Shown: in pieces, positions 47,302 to 57,148 of the stretch | How the letters are laid out: every line of letters starts with the position of its first letter | Position numbering within the stretch: position 1 is the first letter of the stretch | Virus record (IMG/VR): IMGVR_UViG_3300036846_000911 | Span: 1 to 63,309 of that record | DNA from: a virus | Lineage: Duplodnaviria > Caudoviricetes | DNA length: 63,309 nt | Direction: 5' to 3' (one strand) | Made by a program: the position numbers and the translations under genes | Notes under the pieces: generated by a model | Database searches by the model: none | What the model saw: the letters and a program-made list of their open reading frames with translations, nothing else | What the model was told of the DNA's origin: nothing

Positions 47302-47526
47302 GTGATGAGTGTTCGGGTGCTGGTGCGGGTCCACTGTGACGTGTGCGGCGGCGACGAGCTGATGCCGCAGGCGGGGGCGTCGCCGGAGCGGGCTCGGCTG
47401 ATCCTGCACGCCGAGGGGTGGCGGGTTTCGTCGACGGGGATCGCCGACATCTGCGGGTCGTGTGTCAGGCTGCGGCAACTGCGTCGCCGTCCTGTGTCGC
47501 CGAGGACAGCGCCCGTCGGGCCTTGA
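47302..47526 (+). CDS. Small Zn-ribbon protein
   Basis: CDVC...AR......GW...DICGSC. Confidence 0.55.
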   Translation: MMSVRVLVRVHCDVCGGDELMPQAGASPERARLILHAEGWRVSSTGIADICGSCVRLRQLRRRPVSPRTAPVGP

Positions 47527-48118
47527 TCCGTCGGTCGAGTTCCCCGCGTAGTGCTTCCATCCGGGCGACGCGGGCTGCCTCGTCGAGGTGGGTGAGGTCG
47601 ACACCGTCCACGGTGGACGCGCCACCGGCACGCCGGCGCATCGAGGTCTCTTCCGCCCACGAGGAGCGTTCCAGTTTCGAGGCGACCTCCGCGAGGCGTG
47701 ACAGCTCCAGTGGGGTGAGGGCGTCGATCGGGATGGTCAGTAGCCGTGCCTCCACGATGGACATGATGGAGCGGCCGAGTCGGGCGTGACGTTCGATCAT
47801 CTCGGTGCGTTGGTCGGCGGCTTTCGCGGAGAACAGCCGGTGCTGCTCCACATCCCAGGCGCCGGCCCGGTTGATCCACTGCCACTGGGTTGCGATGCGG
47901 TGGAAGTGATCCCGTGACTTGTGGGCGCGGTCGGCGGCTTTGGCGATGGTGCGGTCCTGGCCGAGGTCGCGGTAGGTGAGGAAGTGGACGTAGGAGTTTT
48001 CACTTTCGCCGGGCATGCGGTCCCACGGCGTGTGGGGTAGAACAATCTCCCCTTCCAGCGTCTCGGCTGGATCGTTCGCGTGTGGATTGCGGGTGACGAT
48101 CTCGTCAAGGTTGGCCAC
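47465..48118 (-). CDS. Terminase small subunit-like protein
   Basis: PWDRMPGES..Y..F..YRDLG..RT...W.W..RA.AWD motif, helical C-terminus with DLTHLDE. Confidence 0.6.
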   Translation of the reverse strand: MANLDEIVTRNPHANDPAETLEGEIVLPHTPWDRMPGESENSYVHFLTYRDLGQDRTIAKAADRAHKSRDHFHRIATQWQWINRAGAWDVEQHRLFSAKAADQRTEMIERHARLGRSIMSIVEARLLTIPIDALTPLELSRLAEVASKLERSSWAEETSMRRRAGGASTVDGVDLTHLDEAARVARMEALRGELDRRIKARRALSSATQDGDAVAAA

Positions 48119-48333
48119 GGCCCCACTCCAAACGTGAAATTCATGGCACGCCGATGTATGCCCAGGTTAATGCCTACGCAGCACTAACGGTGGCAAGGGT
48201 GCGCGGAGATACGGCTTCGTTCGCGATGTGTCAAAGGCGGTTGTACCGCTCGGTAACGTCCGGGGTTTGTGTAAGAGTGGCCGGCATCCGTTCCGCAAAT
48301 TTCTCCCCCCTCACGATGCCGGAGGTGTCTGCC

Positions 48334-48834
48334 GTGAAGACCGCCCTACTGTCCCGTGAAGAAATCGCCAGCCGCTACCGGTTGGGCACCAGCCGCACCG
48401 CCCTGGCCAACGCGGCGGAGATCAGCCGCACCCGCGTCGACCGGATTCTCACCGAATACGGCCACGACCTGACCCCGGCGTACGTGACGGCCGAAACGCG
48501 GCGCAACATCTTGGCGTCCTACGGCGACGGTCTGTCCGCGCCGGAGTGCGCCCGACTGTGGCATGTGGCCCTGGCCACCGTCACCAACCTCGTCTACGAG
48601 GCCGGCATCCTGCGCCCGCCGGGGCGTCGTTCCGGCCGCGTGCAGCTGCACCCCGGCGTCGACATCCTCCAGCTGCACGCGCAGGGCGGCGCCCGCGCGG
48701 TCAGCGAGGTCGCCTCGGTTTCCCTGTCCACCGCCTACCGGATGCTGCGGGACGCCCGCCGCACAGCCAGGGGCATGCCGTCCGCGTCGAACTGCGACCT
48801 GCACAACAGCGCCAGCTGCCTGGACTGCCCATGA
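48334..48834 (+). CDS. Multi-HTH DNA-binding protein
   Basis: Three HTH-like repeats (Y..G.S...A....S.T.V..L); GGAGG RBS. Confidence 0.7.
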   Translation: MKTALLSREEIASRYRLGTSRTALANAAEISRTRVDRILTEYGHDLTPAYVTAETRRNILASYGDGLSAPECARLWHVALATVTNLVYEAGILRPPGRRSGRVQLHPGVDILQLHAQGGARAVSEVASVSLSTAYRMLRDARRTARGMPSASNCDLHNSASCLDCP

Positions 48835-49259
48835 TCGCCTACGTCGGGTACACCGGGCGGCGCGGCAATTTCGGCCGGACCCACGCCTCCATCGCCACGG
48901 CCGCCGTCGCCCTGGCCCACACCCGTGGGGATCTGCTCGCCGCCTGCAATCTGCTGCTCGGCGCGCGCCCGTCGTATCCGCCGCCGCCGATGAAACTGTT
49001 CGACCTGGATGCGCATCGGATGCCGATCCTGCCGCTGGACGCCGGGTTGACGATCGCCGCCGACTTCGAGCGGTACTGCCTGGACTTCTACGCGCCCGTC
49101 GGGGTGCTCCCCGGTCTGGCGTGGGGGCCGATCGGCTCGCTGAACGTCAAGTTCAGCCTCTCCGACGTCGAGGCGTTGGAGGCGGCGCTGTACCTGCTCG
49201 GCGGCCCGGAGCGGCGCTCGATGCACCGGCGGCTGCGCACAGTGCGGCCGGCGACATGA
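48831..49259 (+). CDS. Hypothetical protein
   Basis: ATGA-coupled. Confidence 0.5.
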   Translation: MIAYVGYTGRRGNFGRTHASIATAAVALAHTRGDLLAACNLLLGARPSYPPPPMKLFDLDAHRMPILPLDAGLTIAADFERYCLDFYAPVGVLPGLAWGPIGSLNVKFSLSDVEALEAALYLLGGPERRSMHRRLRTVRPAT

Positions 49260-50449
49260 GCACCGTCGCGGTCGCCTGCCGGATCTGCGGCGGGGACCTG
49301 GACCCCATCTCGTTCGCCTCCAACCGGGGAGTGCACATCGGTGACACCCCTGAGATGGAGTTGGCCGCCGGTGTCACCGGCGCCGAGGCGATCATCGCCC
49401 GGCAGAAAGCCAGCTGCACCGCCGGCATCGAAGCCGCCGCACTGAAGACACTCGGCGCCGTGGAGGTGGTCAACCGCTGGGAGATCTCCGGCACCGTCGT
49501 CGGCGAACGGTACCCGTGCCGGTGCGGCGAGTTCGACGCCTGGAACCACGCCCACGACCGTTGCCCCTGCAAGGGTCGTCCCGACGGGGTGTGGATGCCC
49601 AAAACGTGCTGCGCGCACATCGACGGCCCACCGCCGCCACCGCCGTCGACCATCGCCGAACTGCGCGACGTGCTCATCGACTTCGAGCTGTCCCGGCCAC
49701 GCACCATGCAGGTGGAGTTGGGGCCATCCGAGCTGGGCACCCCGTGTGTAGCGCAGATGGCCCGCAAGATAGCGGCGTTTCCGCAGCAGGATCTGACCGA
49801 GCCCGCCTGGGCGCCGTTCCAGGGTGTCGCCGTGCACCAGCAGATGGAAGACGTCGTCGCCCACTGGAACAACGCCATCGGCCGGCAGCGGTGGATCGCC
49901 GAGGCGGACCTGCACATCAACGAACACATCCACGGCCACGGCGACGCGTTCGACGTCGACCATGACCTGGTTGTCGACTGGAAACACGTCGGCTCGACCG
50001 CGTTGACGAAACTGCGCACCGCCCGCCGCGCCGACAAACCGATCGCCGAGCAGGTCTCCCAGGAGTACCGCGTCCAGGCGCACCTGTACGGGCTCGGGCA
50101 CGAACGTGCCGGGCGCACCGTGCACTGGGTGCGCCTCGTCCTGCTGGCCCGATCGTGGCGGTTCGACGACTCGGATGAGTGGACCGAGGCGTACAGCCCG
50201 GAACTCGCCCACTGGGCGCTTGACCGCTACGCCGCCACCGTCGACCTGCTCACCAACCTCGGCATCGACGCCACCCCCGACCTGATCGCCGCTATACCCC
50301 GCACGCCGGGGCGCGGCTGCACCTGGTGCCCCTTCCACCGGCCCAACCAACGCAACGACATGTACGGCTGCCCAGGCGACGAGGAAGCCCAGGCAGCCGC
50401 TCGCGCCCGAATCTCATCCGGACTGATCGCACCAGGAGTGACCGCATGA
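49256..50449 (+). CDS. Cas4-like PD-(D/E)XK exonuclease
   Basis: LGPSELGTPC, G.AVH, GHGD, VVDWK, QAHLYG, CTWCPF...GC. Confidence 0.85.
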   Translation: MSTVAVACRICGGDLDPISFASNRGVHIGDTPEMELAAGVTGAEAIIARQKASCTAGIEAAALKTLGAVEVVNRWEISGTVVGERYPCRCGEFDAWNHAHDRCPCKGRPDGVWMPKTCCAHIDGPPPPPPSTIAELRDVLIDFELSRPRTMQVELGPSELGTPCVAQMARKIAAFPQQDLTEPAWAPFQGVAVHQQMEDVVAHWNNAIGRQRWIAEADLHINEHIHGHGDAFDVDHDLVVDWKHVGSTALTKLRTARRADKPIAEQVSQEYRVQAHLYGLGHERAGRTVHWVRLVLLARSWRFDDSDEWTEAYSPELAHWALDRYAATVDLLTNLGIDATPDLIAAIPRTPGRGCTWCPFHRPNQRNDMYGCPGDEEAQAAARARISSGLIAPGVTA

Positions 50450-51111
50450 CCATGCCCACCGCCAACGAACTGTTGATGAGCGCCGGGGAGGGTGGCCGCT
50501 CCGCGACGTTCAACACGATCGGCGAGTTCATCTCCGGGGAGATCGTCGCCGAGCCGACCGTCTCCCAGCAGACCGATCCCGCCGACCGCTCCCTGAAGAC
50601 CTTCCCCAACGGCGACCCGATGTTGCAGGTCGTCTTCCGGTTGCAGACCGCCGAGCGCATCGACGGTGACGATGACGGCATCCGGATGCTGTATGCGAAG
50701 AACAAGATGCTGGTCGCCATCAAAGAGGCGATCATTGCCGCCGAATGCAAGGCCGTCGGCGTGGGCGGGCAGCTCACCGTGCAGTTCATCAGCGGTGGTG
50801 AGCGATTGAAGACCGGCCTGTTCTCGCCGAAAGAGTACCGGGCACGCTACGTTCCGCCGGCAACACCGGCAAACGCGTTGCTCGGGTTGACTTCCCCGCA
50901 GCCCGCAGCGCAGCCAGCGCCGGCACTACCGCCGATGCCGCCGGCACCACAGACGGCGGCGGCGGCGGGGAACGGCACACCCCCGCCGCCGCCCCCCACC
51001 ACCAACAGCGCCGCGCCGCCGCCGGGCATCCCGGCAGATGTGTGGGCGCGTCTCACCCCGATCCAGCAGCAGGCACTAAGCAATTCGCCGGCAGGTGTGG
51101 CGCCGTACTAG
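50446..51111 (+). CDS. Single-stranded DNA-binding protein (actinophage type)
   Basis: QQTD...FPNGDPMLQ..LQT, DDDGIR.LY, VGGQLTV, KEYRARY; Pro-rich tail ending APY. Confidence 0.7.
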   Translation: MTMPTANELLMSAGEGGRSATFNTIGEFISGEIVAEPTVSQQTDPADRSLKTFPNGDPMLQVVFRLQTAERIDGDDDGIRMLYAKNKMLVAIKEAIIAAECKAVGVGGQLTVQFISGGERLKTGLFSPKEYRARYVPPATPANALLGLTSPQPAAQPAPALPPMPPAPQTAAAAGNGTPPPPPPTTNSAAPPPGIPADVWARLTPIQQQALSNSPAGVAPY

Positions 51112-51270
51112 AAACGTGATGGCGGCTCGTTGCCGCAGCGGGCCGACACGATGGACCCCAGACGGCGAGTGACTGGACTCCGCGCCGGTTGGAGGGTCGA
51201 CATCGCTGCGACACCGGCCGCCATCACCACCCCCCGCACGAGGAAACACCCGAGCAAGGCAGGTTGCCAA

Positions 51271-53718
51271 ATGAGCGAGGATGTGTTCAGCGCCGCTGTC
51301 GAATGGTTGACTGCGGGTTTCTGTGTCCTTCCAGCCGCCGTTGACGGGTCGAAACGCCCCGGCCTGGCCCAGTGGAAGGTGTGGCAGACGCGGCGCCCTG
51401 AACTCGTCGACATTGCCGTGTGGTTCGGCAACGGCCACGGCGGCATGGGGGTGGTCTGCGGGGAAGTCTCCGGCTACCTGGAGATGTCCGAATTTGAGGG
51501 CCGCGCCTGTGTCGAAGGTGGCGAGCTGGACCAGGCGGAGCGCCTGGTCGCCGACGCCGGTCTGGGCGAACTGTGGGAGCAGATCTGCCACGGCTACCGG
51601 GAGGTCACCCCCACCGGGGGCGTACACCTGTTCTACCGGATCGCGGACGGGCCGGTGCCCGGCAACACGAAGGTCGCCCGCCGCCCCGCCACCGAGGCCG
51701 AGCTGGCGGAGAACCCGACCGACCGGATCAAGGTGCTCATCGAGACGCGGGGTGAAGGCGGCTGGGTTGTCACCGCGCCGTCGAATGGCACCACGCATCC
51801 GACCGGCCGGCCGTGGCGGGTCGACTACGGCAGCCCGGCGGGCATTGCGACGATCACCTTGGCGCAGCGCGACGCGCTGATGAAGGTGCTGTCCACACTG
51901 GACCAGATGCCGGTCGAGGTGATCGGCCCGATCACGCCGGCCGCGCCGCCGGCACAGGTTGGCGGGGAGCTGCGCGCCGGGGACGATTTCGAAGCCCGCA
52001 CCTCGTGGGAGGAGATCCTGGTCCCGCACGGCTGGACCCAGCTGCACACCGACGCCACCGGCACCACGTACTGGCTGCGTCCCGGCAAAACCGACCGGCG
52101 CTCGAAGTCGGCGTCGACCGGCAACGCCGGGGACCGGGACCGGCTGTACGTCTTCTCATCCTCCACGGTGTTCGAGCCGGAGAAGCCGTACACGAAGTTC
52201 GGCGCCTACGCGCTGCTGGAACACGGCGGCGATCACGGTGCTGCGGCGAAGACGTTACGGGGGCAGGGTTTCGGGGATGACACATCGCAGCAGGCACTGA
52301 TCGCCGCCGTCGTGTCACCGGCGTCGCTCGACGCCGCGCTCCGCACCGCCCCGGCGCTGTCTGCGACGGCGGGGATGCCGGAAAATCCCACCGAGAAGCA
52401 GATCGCCCGGTACGTGGCGCAGACGTACGGTTCCGTGCTGCAACTACGCCCCGACTCCGGGGCGGGTGAGGGGTGGCACGCCTGGAATGGGATGACGTGG
52501 GAGCCCCAACACCGCCATGGTCTCCAGCACGTCTATGCGGACCTGGCGCTGGGGGCGATACCGAATCCGAAGGGTTTAGTGAAGTGGGGTTCGCACGCAA
52601 CGGGAATGGCGGTGGAACAGGAGATGCGCAACCTCCCGGCACTACAACACTCCAAAGAGGACTGGGACGTCGATGCGCACCTACTCAACACGCCCGGTGG
52701 GATCGTGGATCTACGTACCGGCGCCATCTCGCCGCACGATCCGGCACGTTACTGCACCCGGATCACCGCCTACGCTCCCGACCCCCTGGCGCGAGCCCCG
52801 CGTTTTGTTCAGTTTCTGACCGAAACTTTTCTGGGCGATGCAGAGTTACTGACCTACGTGCACCGCCTTTTTGGATACAGCTTGTTCGGACACAACGATG
52901 AACATGTCATCCCGCTGTGTCATGGCGTCGGGCGCAACGGAAAATCGTTGCTGCTCAACACCATCCTGCACATCGTCGGAACCTACGGGGTGAAGGCGAA
53001 CAGCGAATGGTTCATGTACCGCCGAAACGGCGCCCACGATTCCGAGGCGGTCACCCTGGAAGGTGCGCGGTTCGTCTTCACCTCCGAGATCAACGACACG
53101 TCCACATTGGACGAAGCGCGGCTCAAGGAGTACACCGGCGGGGAGAAGGTCACTGCCCGGCGGATGTACAGCTCCACCCAGTACGCCTTCATGCCCCGGT
53201 GCACCATCTGGATGCTCGCCAACCAGCGCCCCACCGCGAGGCAGGGCGGGGAGTCGCTGTTCCGGCGGATGCGGGAAATCCCGTTCAAGTACCTCGTGCC
53301 CGAGTCCAGTGTGGACATCGGTCTCGGGAGCCTGTTCCAGACCCCCGAGTACGGGGCGGCGATCACGTCCTGGCTGATCGCCGGTGCGGTCGACTACACC
53401 CGACACGGGCTGACGATCCCCGAGGGCGTGAAGGCGGCGACCGCCGAGTACGCGGCGGAGTCCGGCGGCGCCGTGGGCATGTTCCTGGACGAGCGTTGCC
53501 GCCTCGGCGGCGGCGACATGGCGACGATGGACAAGAGCGTCCTGCACAACGTCTACCTGGGCTGGTGCAACGAGCAGGGCATCGACCCGCTCAGCAAGAT
53601 TATGTTCAGTAAGGCGTTAAAGTCGGCCGGCGTCGGGGACGGCCGGTCGATGACGGCGCGGCGGTACACGAACATCACCCTGCTCAACCTCGGTGACGGT
53701 GATGGCGAAGAGGGCTGA
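51271..53718 (+). CDS. Bifunctional primase-polymerase / SF3 (D5-like) helicase
   Basis: Prim-Pol TPTGGVHLFY, IETRGEGG.VV.APS; D5_N LLNTPGGIVDLRTG; Walker A GVGRNGKS, KEYTGGE. Confidence 0.92.
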   Translation: MSEDVFSAAVEWLTAGFCVLPAAVDGSKRPGLAQWKVWQTRRPELVDIAVWFGNGHGGMGVVCGEVSGYLEMSEFEGRACVEGGELDQAERLVADAGLGELWEQICHGYREVTPTGGVHLFYRIADGPVPGNTKVARRPATEAELAENPTDRIKVLIETRGEGGWVVTAPSNGTTHPTGRPWRVDYGSPAGIATITLAQRDALMKVLSTLDQMPVEVIGPITPAAPPAQVGGELRAGDDFEARTSWEEILVPHGWTQLHTDATGTTYWLRPGKTDRRSKSASTGNAGDRDRLYVFSSSTVFEPEKPYTKFGAYALLEHGGDHGAAAKTLRGQGFGDDTSQQALIAAVVSPASLDAALRTAPALSATAGMPENPTEKQIARYVAQTYGSVLQLRPDSGAGEGWHAWNGMTWEPQHRHGLQHVYADLALGAIPNPKGLVKWGSHATGMAVEQEMRNLPALQHSKEDWDVDAHLLNTPGGIVDLRTGAISPHDPARYCTRITAYAPDPLARAPRFVQFLTETFLGDAELLTYVHRLFGYSLFGHNDEHVIPLCHGVGRNGKSLLLNTILHIVGTYGVKANSEWFMYRRNGAHDSEAVTLEGARFVFTSEINDTSTLDEARLKEYTGGEKVTARRMYSSTQYAFMPRCTIWMLANQRPTARQGGESLFRRMREIPFKYLVPESSVDIGLGSLFQTPEYGAAITSWLIAGAVDYTRHGLTIPEGVKAATAEYAAESGGAVGMFLDERCRLGGGDMATMDKSVLHNVYLGWCNEQGIDPLSKIMFSKALKSAGVGDGRSMTARRYTNITLLNLGDGDGEEG

Positions 53719-53995
53719 GTCGAAGGTTGAGACGCACGTCGGTTCCCGACACCTGATCACCACCGAGGCGAAGGTGGCCAGATGCCGCGTCTGCGGGGAG
53801 CTGGTGCTGCGCGGGTACTCCGACGGCATCCCGACGACGGTGGGGATCGCGCCGGTCCGCGACGAGTCGGCGGCGCGGGCCGCCGGCCTGTGGACGTACA
53901 ACCTGTGGCGTGGACGCTTGAACTACCGGGAATCCTGGACGCGGGAGGGCGGTGGTGACTACGGGCCGATCCTCGCCGACCACCGGCACGGCTGA
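53702..53995 (+). CDS. Hypothetical protein (CRVC...H)
   Basis: Follows primase. Confidence 0.55.
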   Translation: MAKRAESKVETHVGSRHLITTEAKVARCRVCGELVLRGYSDGIPTTVGIAPVRDESAARAAGLWTYNLWRGRLNYRESWTREGGGDYGPILADHRHG

Positions 53996-54165
53996 TTGCC
54001 GCAGCAGAAGTTGACTGGGCAAGTATTTGAGGTTTGGCGCATGAAATCGCCATCTGGGGGTTGTGAGAGTTGTGAGGTCTGTGAATACTCCCGGTAACGC
54101 AGATTTCGCCATCTGTGAAGGAGATAGGACATGTGTACTACGGTCGCTAGCTGGCGGTATAGCGA

Positions 54166-54849
54166 ATGACTAATTGCGTACGGTGTTTTACACCGACCGA
54201 GGCATGTAAGACGTTGACGCTCCACCTAGGGGTCCAGGGCTTTCGGCTCGACCTATGCGTCAAGCACGCCGACCTGTTCGAGATTGAGATCTCAGCCTGG
54301 ACCCGCGTGGCCGTTGAGCTGCCCGTTTCCGCCGCCGAGCCGGTCTCCGCACCCCCTGCGCATGTTGCACCACGAACGTTGCGCAGTGTCCCTAGGCAGG
54401 TCGGTGTTGTCGACGAACCGCTGCCGGTGCCGGCGGTTTCGCAGCGCCAGGCCCTGGCCGCGATCCGCGAGCGGGAGCGTCTACGCGCAGCTCAGGAGGC
54501 GTTGCCGCCGCCGCAGCGGACGGTCCAGCTGACCGGGCGGGTGAACAACACCGCGATTCCGGCCGCCTTTAGTGATGCGCAAACGGCGTCGGAGAATGGG
54601 TGGCGCTTCACCGATCACGCAATTGAGCGTGCCCAGATGCGTAACATCCCGTTGGTCCTAGCGATGCAGGCGGTGTTGCGCCCGACGTGGACGCGCACCG
54701 CGAAGAACGGGGCCGCCTGGTACTACGGCAACGGAATGAGGGTCTGCGTCAACGAACGTGAGCACACCATCATCACCGTCTGCCGCCCCAACGAAGATGA
54801 TCCACACGTGTTTACCCACGCCTATCGCCGAGAGGTCGCAGCTTCATGA
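54166..54849 (+). CDS. Lsr2-dimerisation-like N-terminus fused to DUF4258-like C-terminal domain
   Basis: LTLHLGVQGFRLDLCVKHA; FTDHAIERAQMRNI...HTIITV. Confidence 0.55.
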   Translation: MTNCVRCFTPTEACKTLTLHLGVQGFRLDLCVKHADLFEIEISAWTRVAVELPVSAAEPVSAPPAHVAPRTLRSVPRQVGVVDEPLPVPAVSQRQALAAIRERERLRAAQEALPPPQRTVQLTGRVNNTAIPAAFSDAQTASENGWRFTDHAIERAQMRNIPLVLAMQAVLRPTWTRTAKNGAAWYYGNGMRVCVNEREHTIITVCRPNEDDPHVFTHAYRREVAAS

Positions 54850-55859
54850 GCACCGCCACCAAGCCCCTGTCCGGGCGCCGCATGCGCAACGACGAATACA
54901 AGACTATCTATGCCGATCTGGAGAAGTGGCTGATCAGCTGGGGCGTCAGCTACGCCTTCCAGCAGATTTCCGTCGAGCGGATCGACCTGGCCCGGTCGAT
55001 GAAGAACCAGGCCCGCATCGGTGAGCCGATCGACCGTGAAGTGGTCGAGCGGTACACCAACGCGATGGCCGACGGCGACGAGTTCCCCCCGGTCGTGGTG
55101 CACCGCACCCGCGAGGGGTACATCGTCATCGACGGTAACCACCGCGCCCACGCGGCGATCGGCGCCCGCCTGGACCAGCTTCCCGCGTTCGTCATCGAAG
55201 ACGCCACCGCAATGGCGATCACCGGCATGACGTTCGAGGCCAACGTGCGGCACGGGAAGAACGTCACCGAAACCGAACGCATCCACCATGCACTGTGGAT
55301 GGTCGACAACGGCATGTCCCTACAGGAAGCCGGCCGCCGGCTCGCCCTGCCGGCCGCCGCGCTGCGCCGGGCACGCCAGGAGATCGAAGCGAACCGCAGA
55401 GCAGACGCGGCCGGTGTCGACCGCCGGCAGTGGGACGCGATTCCCCCGACGGCGCGGGTGCGGCTGTGCAACGTCTCCACCGATGAGGGTTTCCTGGCGT
55501 TGACGAAACTCACCGTCGAGGCGGCGCTGGGCGTCACCGTCCTGTTCAACGTCGTATCCCAGATGAACGATTCGAAGTCGGCGTCCAAGCAGGTCGCGAT
55601 CGTCGCGCAGCTGCGCGAGGAGTACGCCGACCGGATCGCCGCGAACCGGGTCGGCGGCGCCGACAACATCAAAGGCATACGCTCCCGTGCGCCGAAAGCG
55701 TCGTGGTCCTCGGCGTTGGGCTTCGCGGCGGCGGTACCCCCGATCCGCTCCGTCATCGAATCGACGTCCCCGTCGGAGCGTGAAGAGATGCTGGCGAAGG
55801 TTCAGAAGACGATCGCGATGCTCACCGAGGCCGCGAGCGAGTTGGAGGCCGCGCGATGA
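54846..55859 (+). CDS. ParB/Srx N-terminal domain protein
   Basis: NQAR..PID...V..Y..AM..GDEFPPVVV...VIDGNHRAHA, N.RHG. Confidence 0.85.
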   Translation: MSTATKPLSGRRMRNDEYKTIYADLEKWLISWGVSYAFQQISVERIDLARSMKNQARIGEPIDREVVERYTNAMADGDEFPPVVVHRTREGYIVIDGNHRAHAAIGARLDQLPAFVIEDATAMAITGMTFEANVRHGKNVTETERIHHALWMVDNGMSLQEAGRRLALPAAALRRARQEIEANRRADAAGVDRRQWDAIPPTARVRLCNVSTDEGFLALTKLTVEAALGVTVLFNVVSQMNDSKSASKQVAIVAQLREEYADRIAANRVGGADNIKGIRSRAPKASWSSALGFAAAVPPIRSVIESTSPSEREEMLAKVQKTIAMLTEAASELEAAR

Positions 55860-56491
55860 ATGAAAGCGCCAGCGACTTCACTGTTCGCGGTGCGATCCGG
55901 GAAGCCCTCAAAGATGGGGAATGGCACAACACCGTCGACATCCACGCCCGCGTCACGCGCCGGGTTCCGCCGGGGATCGCCGTGCGGTGGGCGGAGAAAT
56001 CGCACATGCGGCCGAAGGCGAAGTTGAGCACTGAGCAGATGATTCTGTTCGGGCAACGCAAGATGACCTCGGTCGCGATGCTCAGCGCGCGCACCAACCA
56101 GGTGGTGGAGACGGACCCGCCGTACGGGAATCTGCTGACCCCCGGCGGAAGAATCCGGCTGCTACCCACCATCGACCTCACCGGGACGATGACCATCCAC
56201 GAGGTGGCGCTTGCGTTGGGTTACTTCGACTCCACCGTGTACAAGGCGGTCGAGGCCGCCGGCCTGGGGCGGGTGACGACGCCGATCGGGGTGCGGGTCT
56301 ACCGCAAAGACCTCAACGCGATTGCCACCCAGGTCGCCAGCAACATCCACCTCCACGGCACCATGCGGTGGGCGCGTTACGACGCCGACTTCGACGGTCT
56401 GTGGAACCGCAACGAGAAGCACTGGGAACTCATCGACGGCAACCCGGTGCTCCGCAAAGCCGAACCACGCCGTCGCCCGGAGGGCGATTGA
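55856..56491 (+). CDS. Hypothetical protein with HTH-like segment
   Basis: MTIHEVALALGYFDSTVYK. Confidence 0.55.
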   Translation: MNESASDFTVRGAIREALKDGEWHNTVDIHARVTRRVPPGIAVRWAEKSHMRPKAKLSTEQMILFGQRKMTSVAMLSARTNQVVETDPPYGNLLTPGGRIRLLPTIDLTGTMTIHEVALALGYFDSTVYKAVEAAGLGRVTTPIGVRVYRKDLNAIATQVASNIHLHGTMRWARYDADFDGLWNRNEKHWELIDGNPVLRKAEPRRRPEGD

Positions 56492-57069
56492 TGGACGCGG
56501 GACAGTCCCACGACCTGTCCCCCACCGCCGTCGATGAGATCAGTGGATGGTGCGTGGAGGCGATGCGTGACGCCCACCGCCACATGGCCGATGCCGAATC
56601 GGCCTTCACCCCGGCGCAACTCGCCTCCGGCACGGTGTCGCTGGTCTTCGACACCACCCCCCTGCTGGCCGAGCTGATCGGAAAGATTACCGACAGCCAC
56701 CAGCTGGCGGGGATGGAGGTGGCGGCGAGTTTCTACGCCTACATGGCCGGCAAATTCGCCGACGCCGCCGCCGGCCTGCCGCTGCTGGACGGCCAGCAGA
56801 ACCGCCGGGTCACCCTGATCTTCGAAGACGAAAACGGCGAAACCGTTGGCGCCGACGAAGTTGACCTGACGCCTCGGCTGGTCGGCCAGTTTTTCGCCGC
56901 AATCGCCGCCCGCGACAGCGGAACCGCCCACGCGCTGTGGCTGGCCTGCATCGAGCAGGGACCGCAGGAGACCCTGGAATTTCTCGGCGAACTGTTCGTC
57001 TTCGCCCTGCGCACGCAGCAGCATCTGCGGCACCTGCGGAAGCCTCGGGGCGAGCCCGGCGCCAACTGA
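56491..57069 (+). CDS. Hypothetical protein
   Basis: Coupled; weakly similar to 58157..58618. Confidence 0.6.
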   Translation: MDAGQSHDLSPTAVDEISGWCVEAMRDAHRHMADAESAFTPAQLASGTVSLVFDTTPLLAELIGKITDSHQLAGMEVAASFYAYMAGKFADAAAGLPLLDGQQNRRVTLIFEDENGETVGADEVDLTPRLVGQFFAAIAARDSGTAHALWLACIEQGPQETLEFLGELFVFALRTQQHLRHLRKPRGEPGAN

Positions 57070-57148
57070 ACGGGCGGGGCGGGGAGCCCAGCACACCTCC
57101 GGCACCACACCCCCGCCCCGCCACCTCCCCATCATGTAGGAGCCCCCG

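Noticed and set aside
54055-54120. TGTGA repeats downstream of the primase as origin
   Set aside because: Only about four short copies with no clear AT-rich core; too weak compared with the 30.2-30.7 kb candidate
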